Shown here: in pieces, positions 8,277 through 17,887 of the stretch
Position numbering within the stretch: the first letter of the stretch is position 1
Layout of the letters: every line of letters begins with the position of its first letter
NCBI GenBank assembly: GCA_035945435.1
Contig: DASZAF010000028.1
Location: 692 to 64,691 of the forward strand
Direction: 5' to 3'
DNA from: Candidatus Saccharimonadales bacterium
Lineage (GTDB): Bacteria; Patescibacteriota; Saccharimonadia; Saccharimonadales; DASZAF01
Length of the DNA stretch: 64,000 nucleotides
Translations under genes and position numbers: made by a program
The notes under the pieces: model-generated
Told to the model about the DNA's origin: nothing
The model's input: only the letters and a program-made list of their open reading frames with translations
Database searches by the model: none

Positions 8277-9590
8277 TCAGGGCATGAGACGGTGGATGTC
8301 TCGCGGGAAGAGGGTAGCCTCTTTGACGTTATGTAATCCGAGTAGTCGCTGAGTGACGCGCTCGAGCCCCATTCCAAAACCGCCGTGTGGTGGCATACCA
8401 TATTTCATGGCGCTTAGGAGCGGGGCAAAGCCGGGATCATCCGGGTCTCCCCCGGCCAATTTTTCGAGCTGTTCGATGACCACTTCGTATCGGTTCTCAC
8501 GCATACTGCCAGTCGTGATCTCGACTCCCCGGAAGAGAAGGTCGACACGGTCGGCGATTGCTGGGTTCTTTTCGTTGGCTTTATGGTAGAACTTCATCTC
8601 GCTAGCCGGCCACTCACTGACAAAGACCGCTTCACTATGTAGTTCCTTGGCTGCATATTCGCAGACCCAACGTTCCTCATCGGGACGAAGATCTTTCTCA
8701 CCGATCGTCTTCTGGCCAGTCGCTTTCGTATAAGCCTCATGGATCTCAGCCATCGTCATGACTGGTATCTCTTTTGGTAGAACTGGTTTAGTCGCCTGCC
8801 AGCTCTTCAAGTCGGCTTCGTGAGCCCGCCAGACAGCGTCAACAACATGACCAAGGAGGTCGCTCAAGAGGTTTCGGAGATCATCGAGAGTTATAAAACC
8901 CATCTCGGCGTCGATCGAAGTATATTCGGTCATATGCCGGGTGGTAGCGCTCGGTTCTGCCCTGTAGACTGGGCCGATCTCATAGACTCGCTCAAAGACC
9001 CCTACCATCATCTGCTTATAAAACTGAGGGCTTTGGGCTAAGGTAGCGGTCTTACCAAAGTAATCCAGTGAGAAGACTTCGGCGCCACCTTCGGTCGGCT
9101 CGGCTAGCAACTTCGGCGTATGCATCTCTGTAAAGCCTCGTTCGTCAAAGAATGCTCGTAGTGCTTTACAGAGGGTGGCTTGGATTTCAAAGATGGCACG
9201 TTCCTGGATGTTGCGCAATCCGATCACTCGGTTATCAAAGAGGGTATCCAGATTTTCCGGGCGATGACTGAGCGGCTTATCAATCTCGATGGGTGGCTCG
9301 TCGGTTACAGCAGCAAGAATAGTCAGCGTGGCGTCGTGCACTTCAGCCCCACCAGGCGCCCGTTCATCTTTAACGACTGTCCCCTCGATTACGAGAACGG
9401 TGCCGATCTGATGTTCACGAAGTTTCTCCACCTCTTCTTTGCTGGTGAGCAGCACCTGGGCAAGACCACTACGATCGCGGACAACTATAAATGTCATCCC
9501 GCCGAGCAGTCGCTTCTTATGCAACCAGCCTTTGAGAATGACTTTTTGGCCGACGTGATCAGCAATATCTCGGGTAAGAACTCGTTCCAT
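8277..9590 (-). CDS. aspS: Aspartate--tRNA ligase, archaeal/type-2 (possibly non-discriminating Asp/Asn)
   Basis: 437 aa class IIb aaRS. N-terminal OB fold (VILKGWLHKKRLLGGMTFIVVRDRSG), motif 2 GPVYRAEPSATTRHMTEYTSIDAEM, motif 3 GMPPHGGFGMGLERV. Confidence 0.85.
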   Translation of the reverse strand: MERVLTRDIADHVGQKVILKGWLHKKRLLGGMTFIVVRDRSGLAQVLLTSKEEVEKLREHQIGTVLVIEGTVVKDERAPGGAEVHDATLTILAAVTDEPPIEIDKPLSHRPENLDTLFDNRVIGLRNIQERAIFEIQATLCKALRAFFDERGFTEMHTPKLLAEPTEGGAEVFSLDYFGKTATLAQSPQFYKQMMVGVFERVYEIGPVYRAEPSATTRHMTEYTSIDAEMGFITLDDLRNLLSDLLGHVVDAVWRAHEADLKSWQATKPVLPKEIPVMTMAEIHEAYTKATGQKTIGEKDLRPDEERWVCEYAAKELHSEAVFVSEWPASEMKFYHKANEKNPAIADRVDLLFRGVEITTGSMRENRYEVVIEQLEKLAGGDPDDPGFAPLLSAMKYGMPPHGGFGMGLERVTQRLLGLHNVKEATLFPRDIHRLMP

Positions 9591-9643
9591 AGTTGAGCCT
9601 ACTATAACAGATGAGAGACAGGTTGCAAGAAGGGTACCGTTAC

Positions 9644-10657
9644 CTATTCGCCGAAGAGCTTACCGAGAATATCTCGGAGATAGATGACACCAATCGGCTT
9701 ACTACTCTCATCAACGATAGCCGCTAGCGTCGTGTTCGTTTCCATAAAGGTGCCGAGCGCCTCTTTGAAGCTTGTATCCGGAGCGAGATAGAGGATATGC
9801 TCATCCATAAGCGATGAGACCTTAACGTTTCGCGAGGCGTGGCTAAGAGCTACGCCCTGCTCGAGGATTCCGACTAGGTGGGCACGTTTTTCCTCATAGA
9901 CGCCGAAGACACTGTACTTGCTATCGTGTAGCTCTTTGAGCACAATTGGCCCGATTGTCTCATCACCTTTGATCAACAGGGCATCTTTTAAGCCAACCAT
10001 CAATTGGCCGATCTTTCGTTCATCAACCTTCATTAAAGAGACGAGCTGCTTCTCGGAGTCGCTCTCGGTATGTTTGTAGCGACGATGATGGAATTCGACA
10101 AAGGCCGCCATCTCTTTCTCGTCGTACCAATACGGATAGTCAGGATAGAACAACTTACCGAGTGAGGTGCAGAAGCGGAGGAACGAGACCAAAAAACCAA
10201 GTTTAGTGCCATGCGCTCCCTGAACCGACAGAGTCAGCCTCAGGAGAAGCAGTTGGAGTGCTTCGACATATGAAAGGCTCATCACGACGGCAGCCACGAC
10301 GATAGATAGAATAATGCCAACTAACAGCCCTTCGTCCTTGCTTACAAAGTAACCCATCAGGCTGATGGTGACGACCGTAAAGAACCAGTTGAGCAGTTGA
10401 AAACCGGTCTTGAGGTGTTCAAGCCGGACAAGAAGCCGCTGATAACGCTGCCACGGTGGCTGGAGTGTCCGCCACGGACGCACCCTGTTCAACAAGCTGG
10501 TCCAAGTGGCCATCTTTAACCACGCGGCAACCAAAAGAATCCAGAGTATTAGCCAGCCCATAACGCTTATAGTGTACGTGATTTCGACCCATGCCGCTAG
10601 CCATCTCTCGTAGCACGATGACTCTCTACTATGATCATCAATCCGAAACGTTGTCAA
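9644..10657 (-). CDS. Membrane protein with C-terminal CBS domain pair (CNNM/DUF21-like)
   Basis: 3-4 N-terminal TM helices, then two CBS-like units (...KYSVFGVYEEKRAHLVGILE... and ...TLAAIVDESSKPIGVIYLRDILGKLF). The true start may be the internal Met at 10561. Confidence 0.65.
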   Translation of the reverse strand: MTTFRIDDHSRESSCYERWLAAWVEITYTISVMGWLILWILLVAAWLKMATWTSLLNRVRPWRTLQPPWQRYQRLLVRLEHLKTGFQLLNWFFTVVTISLMGYFVSKDEGLLVGIILSIVVAAVVMSLSYVEALQLLLLRLTLSVQGAHGTKLGFLVSFLRFCTSLGKLFYPDYPYWYDEKEMAAFVEFHHRRYKHTESDSEKQLVSLMKVDERKIGQLMVGLKDALLIKGDETIGPIVLKELHDSKYSVFGVYEEKRAHLVGILEQGVALSHASRNVKVSSLMDEHILYLAPDTSFKEALGTFMETNTTLAAIVDESSKPIGVIYLRDILGKLFGE

Positions 10658-10920
10658 AAGTAGGGGAGTGGTCTCGAGACGATCTGTACAAATATAGAAC
10701 TGCAGCAGATCATATATCCTGTTCTATGCCAGAACAACAAAACATTCAGTACAAAAATAGAACTAAAGTAGAAATAGGGGAGTGCGTGAGAAAAGTATGA
10801 ACATTACTACAAGTCGCGCTAATCTTCTCTCTGTTAGAGTTACGAATCCGCTAGTCAAACTGGGCCTGAGTTTGCTATGATGGCAGCTGTACGTCCCCAA
10901 CTCCCAGATCGAAAATCAAG

Positions 10921-12531
10921 ATGCTACAGAATATCCCTACCAGACAGAAAATAGTTATTATGCTCGCCGTTATGTCGGGCTTTTTCTTGGCCGCGCTTGA
11001 TCAGACGATCGTCAGTACTGCCTTGCCAACCATCATCCGCCAGCTCAATGGTCTTTCGGAGCTGAGCTGGGTCATCACCGCCTACCTTCTGACTTCGACA
11101 GTCGTCCTCCCTATCAGCGGCAAACTCTCAGACATGTTCGGCCGCAAGAAGTTTCTTCTACTCGGAATCGCTGTATTTCTGATCGGGTCAGCGCTTTCGG
11201 GGACATCAAACAGCATGCATCAGCTCATAGCCTTCAGGGCTGTCCAAGGTATCGGCGCAGGTCTATTAATGTCTAACGCTTTTGCCGTTATCGGCGACCT
11301 CTTCACCCCCATTGAACGAGGTAAGTGGCAGGGCGCTATCGCCTCTATGTTTGGCCTAGCATCCGTGGCCGGCCCATTGCTTGGAGGATATCTGACAGAC
11401 ACCCATCACTTGTTCGGACTGACAACTGACTGGCGATGGATCTTCTACGTCAACGTGCCTATCGGCATTCTAGCCCTCTTCCTTATCAGTACCTTCATGC
11501 CTCATGTCACCCAAAAGCGAGAGAAGATCGATTACCTTGGAGCTACCTTCATCACGGGTGGTCTGGTCTCTCTCATCTTGGCGCTATCGTGGGGTGGTAA
11601 CCAGTACGCATGGCGTTCGTGGCAGATTTTGAGCATGTTTGCTCTTGCTTTGGTCTTCTTTATCACCTTTGTCTTCGTCGAGCGAAAAGCCGAAGCTCCC
11701 CTACTTCCCCTGAGCTTCTTCAAGAATCCAGTCTTTCGTGTGGCAGCTCCGATCGTCTTTCTCTTTGGTGGTGCCTTCTTCGGTGGCATTATCTATATCC
11801 CCCTCTTTAAACAAGAGGTCCAAGGGGCAACAGCGACTGGAGCCGGATTGGCACTGACTCCAATGGTCCTGTCCATCGTGGTCGTTAGTATCGCCGCTGG
11901 ACAGTTCATCTCACGTACCGGCCGATATAAGATCCTGGCGTCTGTAGGGTTAGCAGTCACGACTGTCGGCCTGATCATGCTCAGCCACCTTGGCGTCCAT
12001 ACGACAGCGGGGCATATGGCTCTTGGCATGATCATCACGGGCGCCGGGCTTGGTGTCGGCCTGCCGGTCTTTAACCTCGTTGTACAGAACGCTTTCCCGC
12101 AGTCGCAGTTGGGTGTATCGTCATCTTCGACTCAGCTTGCCAGGGGCCTTGGTGGAACAGTCGGCGTCGCAGCCCTCGGTAGTGTCCTCAACAACTTCCT
12201 CGTCCATCGCCTCAGCAATCTCCATAACAACGCGTTTGTCCAGATCGCCCAGAAGACGGGCCATGGCAGCCAGGTGGCCCACCTTAATGAGAACAGTGTC
12301 CAAGGTATCCTCTCGCCGCAGGGACAGCAGGCTATTACTTCACAGCTTAGTCACCTGCCCTCTCAGCTTCACCCCGCTGCTATGTCAGCCTATGCAGAGT
12401 TCATAGATAAATTAAAAGTAGCTTTCGTCTACTCCATCGATAAAGTACTTGTCGTCAGTGCGGCGCTCGTAGCCGTCTCGTTCGTCATCAGCCTCTTCTT
12501 GCGAGAGATCCCGCTCAGACATCACGAGTAA
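10921..12531 (+). CDS. MFS transporter, DHA2 (EmrB/QacA-like, 14-TMS) family
   Basis: 536 aa with about 14 hydrophobic helices. MFS motif A GKLSDMFGRKK. N-terminal LDQTIVSTALPTI is typical of DHA2 drug:H+ antiporters. Confidence 0.9.
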   Translation: MLQNIPTRQKIVIMLAVMSGFFLAALDQTIVSTALPTIIRQLNGLSELSWVITAYLLTSTVVLPISGKLSDMFGRKKFLLLGIAVFLIGSALSGTSNSMHQLIAFRAVQGIGAGLLMSNAFAVIGDLFTPIERGKWQGAIASMFGLASVAGPLLGGYLTDTHHLFGLTTDWRWIFYVNVPIGILALFLISTFMPHVTQKREKIDYLGATFITGGLVSLILALSWGGNQYAWRSWQILSMFALALVFFITFVFVERKAEAPLLPLSFFKNPVFRVAAPIVFLFGGAFFGGIIYIPLFKQEVQGATATGAGLALTPMVLSIVVVSIAAGQFISRTGRYKILASVGLAVTTVGLIMLSHLGVHTTAGHMALGMIITGAGLGVGLPVFNLVVQNAFPQSQLGVSSSSTQLARGLGGTVGVAALGSVLNNFLVHRLSNLHNNAFVQIAQKTGHGSQVAHLNENSVQGILSPQGQQAITSQLSHLPSQLHPAAMSAYAEFIDKLKVAFVYSIDKVLVVSAALVAVSFVISLFLREIPLRHHE

Positions 12532-12537
12532 GAATCT

Positions 12538-13698
12538 TCATAGGCCGAAGACCGAAAAAAAGGCGCCCGGGTTGCTTGCAGGCATCACTTCAAGATCAAT
12601 CCACCAGTTTGCACCATTGCTGTTTGTGTTCGGATAACCCCATGCCCCCGTGAAATAGGCACACTGACCGACGAGCGAAGCGACGGATGATGGTGCGCTG
12701 ATCGGCCCGTTCCCTGCACCACTATTACCTGAGACAAAAGGACTGGAGCTGTTCCAGTAGTTCGAGGTGTAGGTAAACCAGTTGGAGCCACTGCTGGCGT
12801 ATACGGCCACCTGGTAGCCACCCGGCTGGAGTTGCAAGCCAGACGAACTGTAATCAACGTAGACCCAGCCACTCCCTGCCGCCGCCGCTCCGCCGCCTGG
12901 CAGTTTCCACGACGGTGAACTATTATCTGAACCCGCGACCTCTGTCTGCGAGGTTGTACTAAAGAGACCACATCTCGAAGGTAGAACGGCCATTCCGGCT
13001 CCCGAATAGTACCAAAGCTTCTCGACGGTTACAGGTTGTGAGATAGCAATCTGAGTTGTGAGTGTAAAGTTACCACTGGAACCCCCGAGCAGCCACGGTG
13101 CAGTGGATGAAGGGAAGAGCCGATAGGTTGCGCCAGCCGGAACTACATCGGTAATCTGGACATCTATCCAGAGATTCGCCGAGGTGTCGCTCTGATTGGG
13201 CATATTGACCGTAGGGTCTGTTCCGCCAATACTGAAAGAGCCCTGGGGTTGATTCGCAACCGGCGACACTGCACTTCCTGTAGAATCTGAGTAGGCCATG
13301 AGCGGGCCATTGGTAATGCCCGCCGAGTATGGATCGCCTGAACCAAACTGATTTTTAGTCTCAGAAAAGTTATTCGAAAAGCCAGTGGCCGCGACGTGTA
13401 CGTAGCGTTCTGATAAGGGAATAGGGGTAGCTAGTGGCACATAGTTCCACTGCCCGGACGTAAGTGTCCCCGAAGTAACCGTTGAGTTGGGGACGACTGC
13501 GTTAAGCCCGTCACCAAGCGACCAGAGACAGAACTTCTGAGCTGAAGTCGACTGTCCACTCGCCACCCACCACCAGTAGCCTGCTAGATATAGCGTCGGC
13601 TGGGTAACAGTGAAACTAATACCACTCACGAATGGACCAGTATAAGTGACCGAAGAAGCCGGTCCGTTAGTAGATGGAAAGAGTCTATACGTCGCCAT
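12538..13698 (-). CDS. Tandem DUF4082-like domain protein, no signal peptide
   Basis: Start chosen at MATYRLFPS (13698), with GGAG 8 nt upstream. Two internal repeats each begin ATYRLFPS(T/S) and end (L/W)WID(V/L)(Q/E), with the beta-rich pattern I associate with DUF4082. The C-terminus is ...NPGAFFSVFGL. Confidence 0.65.
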   Translation of the reverse strand: MATYRLFPSTNGPASSVTYTGPFVSGISFTVTQPTLYLAGYWWWVASGQSTSAQKFCLWSLGDGLNAVVPNSTVTSGTLTSGQWNYVPLATPIPLSERYVHVAATGFSNNFSETKNQFGSGDPYSAGITNGPLMAYSDSTGSAVSPVANQPQGSFSIGGTDPTVNMPNQSDTSANLWIDVQITDVVPAGATYRLFPSSTAPWLLGGSSGNFTLTTQIAISQPVTVEKLWYYSGAGMAVLPSRCGLFSTTSQTEVAGSDNSSPSWKLPGGGAAAAGSGWVYVDYSSSGLQLQPGGYQVAVYASSGSNWFTYTSNYWNSSSPFVSGNSGAGNGPISAPSSVASLVGQCAYFTGAWGYPNTNSNGANWWIDLEVMPASNPGAFFSVFGL

Positions 13699-13857
13699 AG
13701 CAATAACTCCGCAGCATGTCTCTACGTACTTCCAATAATAATACATCTCGAGACTGAACGCTTGTGCTTAGAGTCACTACCCTCTTACTTCTCGAGGTCG
13801 TTCGCAAAACATAAGGGAGTTCTGTACAATAAAAAACTAGCTAAGGAACGAACTTGC

Positions 13858-14583
13858 GTGGCGGGTATAAGTTATAACACGGGAGCAACGGGCGGTGCGG
13901 CTAACGTAACTAGCATCAACTACACCGCGCCAGCTGGAGTCCTCGTCAATGATGTCATGATCCTCGGGATTGTTGTCTTCACTGAGGACTCAACGCAACC
14001 TGCCTTTTCAGTCACATCGACAGGTTCAGAAGTATGGACGATTGTCAGCCCCGTAGAACTGGCAGCAGGAGCCGGTATCTACACCTATGGATTTGTCTAC
14101 TCTGCTGTGGCAACAGCATCGTCGGCTCACGCTACCGTCACAGTCAGCGAAACGGGATCACCAGGAAGTACGACATGGATTGGAGCTGCCATGGCCAGCT
14201 ACACCGGAGCACGTACTACGAGCTCAATCGACGTTATCGGTGGTACCTCAATACCGGGGCAATCGGCATTCACTATCACCTGTCCGACCAAAACCACCAA
14301 TGCCGCTAACGACTGGGGTATCTATATTATGGCCGGCGGCAACAATGGCTCCGGGGTAAGTGTCCCGTCAGGTACCACCCAGCGCCAGCTTGCCAGCACA
14401 GGCGGAGGTATGATCGCGGTTATTGCTGACAGTAACGGCATTGTTGGACCGGCTTCCACTACCATAGGCGGTGGAGTATTTACCAACACTGCTGATGTTG
14501 CTTCCAACTGCTGGCTGACCGCTTTCACGATAGGACTGGCGCCGGCACCTGTTAATCCAGGCGGATTCATGCCACTCTTCTAG
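13858..14583 (+). CDS. Hypothetical beta-rich protein, phage minor-tail-protein-like composition
   Basis: Track ORF starts at TTG 13762. I prefer GTG 13858, preceded by AAGGAA 9 nt upstream. Gly/Thr/Ser/Ala-rich with no TM helix or signal peptide. The C-terminus ...NPGGFMPLF resembles that of the divergent neighbour. Confidence 0.55.
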   Translation: MAGISYNTGATGGAANVTSINYTAPAGVLVNDVMILGIVVFTEDSTQPAFSVTSTGSEVWTIVSPVELAAGAGIYTYGFVYSAVATASSAHATVTVSETGSPGSTTWIGAAMASYTGARTTSSIDVIGGTSIPGQSAFTITCPTKTTNAANDWGIYIMAGGNNGSGVSVPSGTTQRQLASTGGGMIAVIADSNGIVGPASTTIGGGVFTNTADVASNCWLTAFTIGLAPAPVNPGGFMPLF

Positions 14584-14627
14584 GGCCTTCTTTGACACAC
14601 CTGTTTTAACCATGTCAAAATAAGCCC

Positions 14628-14912
14628 ATGAATCCTCGGGGTATTCGCACATCTGACTACATATCGCTTGTGATCATCGCCGTTATTGTGGCGGTTCACT
14701 CCCAAGCGGCGAAGAACTCTCTGGCCCCTGACGCTTTAACGCTCATCTTCTACTTTGTCTTTGGCCTGGCTCTTGCCACCCGTTGGATCGGCTGGTTATC
14801 GGGGGAGTTTGATCCAGACAGCTCACTGGCTGGCGAACTGGCGGCCAAGAGTGGCCCCCTTGTCATGCTCGCCTATATCATCTTCGTTATTTGGGTTGTC
14901 TTTGATTGGTAA
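14628..14912 (+). CDS. Small hypothetical membrane protein (3 TM)
   Basis: 94 aa with three hydrophobic helices (ISLVIIAVIVAV, LTLIFYFVFGLALA, PLVMLAYIIFVIWVVF). Confidence 0.5.
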   Translation: MNPRGIRTSDYISLVIIAVIVAVHSQAAKNSLAPDALTLIFYFVFGLALATRWIGWLSGEFDPDSSLAGELAAKSGPLVMLAYIIFVIWVVFDW

Positions 14913-14914
14913 CG

Positions 14915-15607
14915 CTACTGGCCAACAAGCACAACGATGTTGGCACCAGACGGGACTGATTGTCCTGCCGGCATACTGCCGACTGTCCCACCAAGATAGC
15001 TGGCTATCTGGCTGGCAAGGCTGGCGTCGCTGCTCGTAACAGCTACGACGAGAGTCTTGGACTCTTTAACGGACGCGTTGGCATAAGTTGAACTGATACT
15101 TGCTTGAGAGCCGAACTTACTGTTGATTGATGCACCTGTGGAGGCAGCTTTACCATTCGTACTAGAAGCGTTGAGAACGGCTACGACCGGCTTGCTGGGG
15201 ACTGCTGACGTTCCTGCCGGTGTCGAGCTGGTGCCGGAGCTATTATTGAGCACGACCGGTCCGGCGTTAATTATCATGTCGGTGCTTGGGCGGTAGATGA
15301 TGGCCAGTTGGGCCTTGGTGTAGATAAGAAGCTGGTCGCTATCCTGCGCGTTCCGGAAGAAGGCCTGTCCTTTGAGAGAGTTGACGTTGACGATCTTGGC
15401 CACGGTCGGAGTTTGGCCCTTGGGCAGAACGTAGAGCTTGCCTACTTCCTGGATGACCTTGTTGGCAGTCGCTTGATTGGCTGCGTTCGGGTTCTTCTTC
15501 AAATCCTGGTACTTGGTGTAGTAGTAAGTCGTCCCGATCGCCAGTAAAACAATAATGGCCGAAACGCCGATAAATAGATACCTATTCTGCTGATAGCGTA
15601 CTCTCAC
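14915..15607 (-). CDS. LytR_C (LytR cell-envelope-related C-terminal) domain protein, membrane anchored
   Basis: N-terminal TM helix LFIGVSAIIVLLAIGTTYYY. C-terminal VAVLNASSTNGKAASTGASINSKFG...SQIASYLGG...ANIVVLVG is the typical LytR_C pattern. Confidence 0.7.
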   Translation of the reverse strand: MRVRYQQNRYLFIGVSAIIVLLAIGTTYYYTKYQDLKKNPNAANQATANKVIQEVGKLYVLPKGQTPTVAKIVNVNSLKGQAFFRNAQDSDQLLIYTKAQLAIIYRPSTDMIINAGPVVLNNSSGTSSTPAGTSAVPSKPVVAVLNASSTNGKAASTGASINSKFGSQASISSTYANASVKESKTLVVAVTSSDASLASQIASYLGGTVGSMPAGQSVPSGANIVVLVGQ

Positions 15608-15724
15608 AGTTACAACTTCCCCATCAGTTAAATGCTATGCTCTATCTTAAGCAAAAACAGGTTCAGAGTCAAACGAACACCACACCCTATGTGCAACTAA
15701 AAACCAGGGTATGTAAATCGTGGA

Positions 15725-16261
15725 CTAGACGGGCAGACGAGCGTGCCACTCTGACCAAGCCGCTTTGAGTGTCGGCGCGTAGCGGTCCGGGTGAAGCACC
15801 AAGTCCTTAATCAGTTCGTGGGCACTGGTAGCCCTAGGCGCTCCGACATCTATGGCGCTGAACTTGGCAGGTACGTCCTCTACAACCAAGAAGTAGCTGG
15901 TCGCATAGGTCGTCGAACCATCGGGGAAGGTGCGTATATCCTCACCGATGTACGTCGGAGTAGCATCAATGTAGAGCTCGCGCTTGAGCGCTCGCTTAGC
16001 GGCCTGCAGTGGAGTCTCATCGCTCCTCATAATGGTCGCCACTGGTACCCCGAACTTGCCGGCGTAGAGATTCGGCAGATCCTTACGTGAAGGGATCTTG
16101 CTGATGATTAACTCCCCGAGTGGAGTGATCAGGAAGATAAAAACTCCATGATAGATATCATGGAGTTTGTCGATCTCTGCGCGTTTCTTTGAGCCAATAA
16201 TCTTGCCCGAGCTGTCTAGTATACTCACCAGATAGTTATCGTGACGCTTAGACTCTTCCAT
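15725..16261 (-). CDS. NUDIX-fold hydrolase-like protein (degenerate Nudix box)
   Basis: Trimmed to MEESKRHDN (16261). The segment GKFGVPVATIMRSDETPLQAAKRALKRELYI resembles G-x5-E-x7-REx2EExG, but the EE pair is replaced by EL. Confidence 0.5.
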   Translation of the reverse strand: MEESKRHDNYLVSILDSSGKIIGSKKRAEIDKLHDIYHGVFIFLITPLGELIISKIPSRKDLPNLYAGKFGVPVATIMRSDETPLQAAKRALKRELYIDATPTYIGEDIRTFPDGSTTYATSYFLVVEDVPAKFSAIDVGAPRATSAHELIKDLVLHPDRYAPTLKAAWSEWHARLPV

Positions 16262-16439
16262 ACATCTACTATACACCTCTTTCCCAAAAGTAAAGAAAAA
16301 GTTCTTGACTTTTGTTTTTTCGACCGAAAAGTGGCATATTATCTCGCTTACGTTCCCTCTTGTGCGCCACAGTAGAAGATGTAAAATGAACATAGTGACC
16401 AGCTAGCGGTATTTAAGAGACCGACCACTGGCTTCTGAA

Positions 16440-17831
16440 ATGACAAAAAACCAAAAAATAGGGCTGACTGTATTAGAGAGGACCGTAGAGGCCCCCGCCG
16501 TTGCGCTCGAAAAGAGCGTCGAGGGCATGCAGACGTTTGCCAATACTATCCCTCTTAAGAACCACCATCCGGTTAAGAAAGCCAAGGACTTCTGGTATAC
16601 GCTTGGGCCGGGGCTGACGACAGGGGCTTCAGACGACGACCCGTCAGGTATTGCCACATACTCTCAGACAGGTGCCCAGTATGGTTTTGGGCTGCTCTGG
16701 TTGGCGCCCTTCACTTTCCCCCTGATGGCCGTTGTCCAAGAGATGTGCGCCCGAATCGGGTTGGTGACCGGCCGTGGGCTGGCCGGCAACATCCGCACCC
16801 ACATGGGCAAACGCATCCTCTATATTACGACGCTTCTGCTCTTCGCCGCTAACGCCTTCAACATCGGAGCGGACATAGGTGCTATGGCCAGTGCAGCCCA
16901 ACTACTCCGTCACGGGCTCAGTTTCACACTGCTGGTAATTGTCTTCACCATCTTTATCTTGCTTCTACAGATCTACACCCCGTACGTTAAGTATGCCCGT
17001 TACCTGAAATGGCTGGCTCTAATCTTGCTTGCCTATATCGTTTCAGCTATCCTCGCCCATCCGGACTGGCATACCGCTTTCAGAAACACTGTCGTCCCCC
17101 ATCTTCAGTTTACGAAGACCCAGATCCTCCTTATCTGCGCTATCTTGGGTACGACCATCACGCCATACCTCTTCTTCTGGCAGACCTCCCAGGAGATTGA
17201 GGAAGAGATCGCCGCTGGCGAAACAACGATCGCTTCTAGGGTCGGGTCAACGCCCGAACAGATGAAAGCCATGCGTGTCGACGTCTGGTCGGGTATGTTC
17301 CTGAGCAACGTAGTAATGTTCTTCATTATTGCTGCCTGTGCGAGTGTACTTTTCAAACATGGCATCACAAACATTAATACAGCCGCCCAGGCTGCCCAGG
17401 CACTGAAGCCGTTCGCTGGCAACGCCGCTGAATGGCTCTTCGCCATTGGCATAATAGGTGTAGCCCTGCTAGCTATACCCGTCATGGCCGGATCAAGTGC
17501 CTACGCCATCAGTGAGAGTATGGGTAAGCACCAAGGGCTCAACCACAAGCTCAAGCAGGCCTATGCTTTCTATGGCACAATCATCATCTCGATGCTAGTC
17601 GGCCTCGGCATCAACTTCATCGGTCTCAACCCGATCAAAGCCCTCATCTACTCGGCCGTCCTTAACGGTGTCGTAGCCCCGATCATCATCGTTCAGATTG
17701 TTCTAATCGCCAGCAGTAAGCATCTGATGGGCGAATGGAAGAACGGTAAGGCGAGCACGGTTGTCGGCTGGATCACAGTTTTCTTGATGGCAGCCTCTGG
17801 TATTGCCGCTGTCTACGCGCTCTTCCCGTAG
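16440..17831 (+). CDS. NRAMP-family divalent metal cation transporter
   Basis: 463 aa with about 11 TM helices. N-terminal LGPGLTTGASDDDPSGIATYSQTGAQYGFGLLW is typical of the NRAMP-related branch. Confidence 0.85.
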   Translation: MTKNQKIGLTVLERTVEAPAVALEKSVEGMQTFANTIPLKNHHPVKKAKDFWYTLGPGLTTGASDDDPSGIATYSQTGAQYGFGLLWLAPFTFPLMAVVQEMCARIGLVTGRGLAGNIRTHMGKRILYITTLLLFAANAFNIGADIGAMASAAQLLRHGLSFTLLVIVFTIFILLLQIYTPYVKYARYLKWLALILLAYIVSAILAHPDWHTAFRNTVVPHLQFTKTQILLICAILGTTITPYLFFWQTSQEIEEEIAAGETTIASRVGSTPEQMKAMRVDVWSGMFLSNVVMFFIIAACASVLFKHGITNINTAAQAAQALKPFAGNAAEWLFAIGIIGVALLAIPVMAGSSAYAISESMGKHQGLNHKLKQAYAFYGTIIISMLVGLGINFIGLNPIKALIYSAVLNGVVAPIIIVQIVLIASSKHLMGEWKNGKASTVVGWITVFLMAASGIAAVYALFP

Positions 17832-17887
17832 TCACTTCTTTATCAGCAAATTGTATTTTGTACAATTAAATGATACTGTAAGTAACA

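Noticed and set aside
2821-8279. Possibility of a recoded genetic code (UGA as Gly or Trp, as in some CPR lineages)
   Set aside because: TGA terminates well-defined genes at the expected length (ABC ATPase at 2823-2825, aspS at 8277-8279, and several ATGA overlaps). Conserved proteins show no in-frame TGA, so the standard code 11 fits.
7727-8401. Long version of the 224-aa ORF overlapping the 3' end of aspS by 125 nt
   Set aside because: The N-terminal 42 codons are read from the aspS antisense frame. An internal Met at 8275 sits 1 nt downstream of the aspS stop codon (8277-8279), so the gene was trimmed to 7727..8275.
12538-14583. Possible prophage or mobile island around the DUF4082-like/tail-like pair
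   Set aside because: No integrase, terminase, capsid, portal, tRNA target or flanking direct repeats are visible. The flanks are ordinary transporter and envelope genes. It is kept only as a finding about the gene pair, not called a mobile element.
16403-16657. 84-aa minus-strand ORF across the NRAMP start
   Set aside because: It is antisense to the conserved NRAMP N-terminus (GPGLTTGASDDDPSG) and has no independent support.
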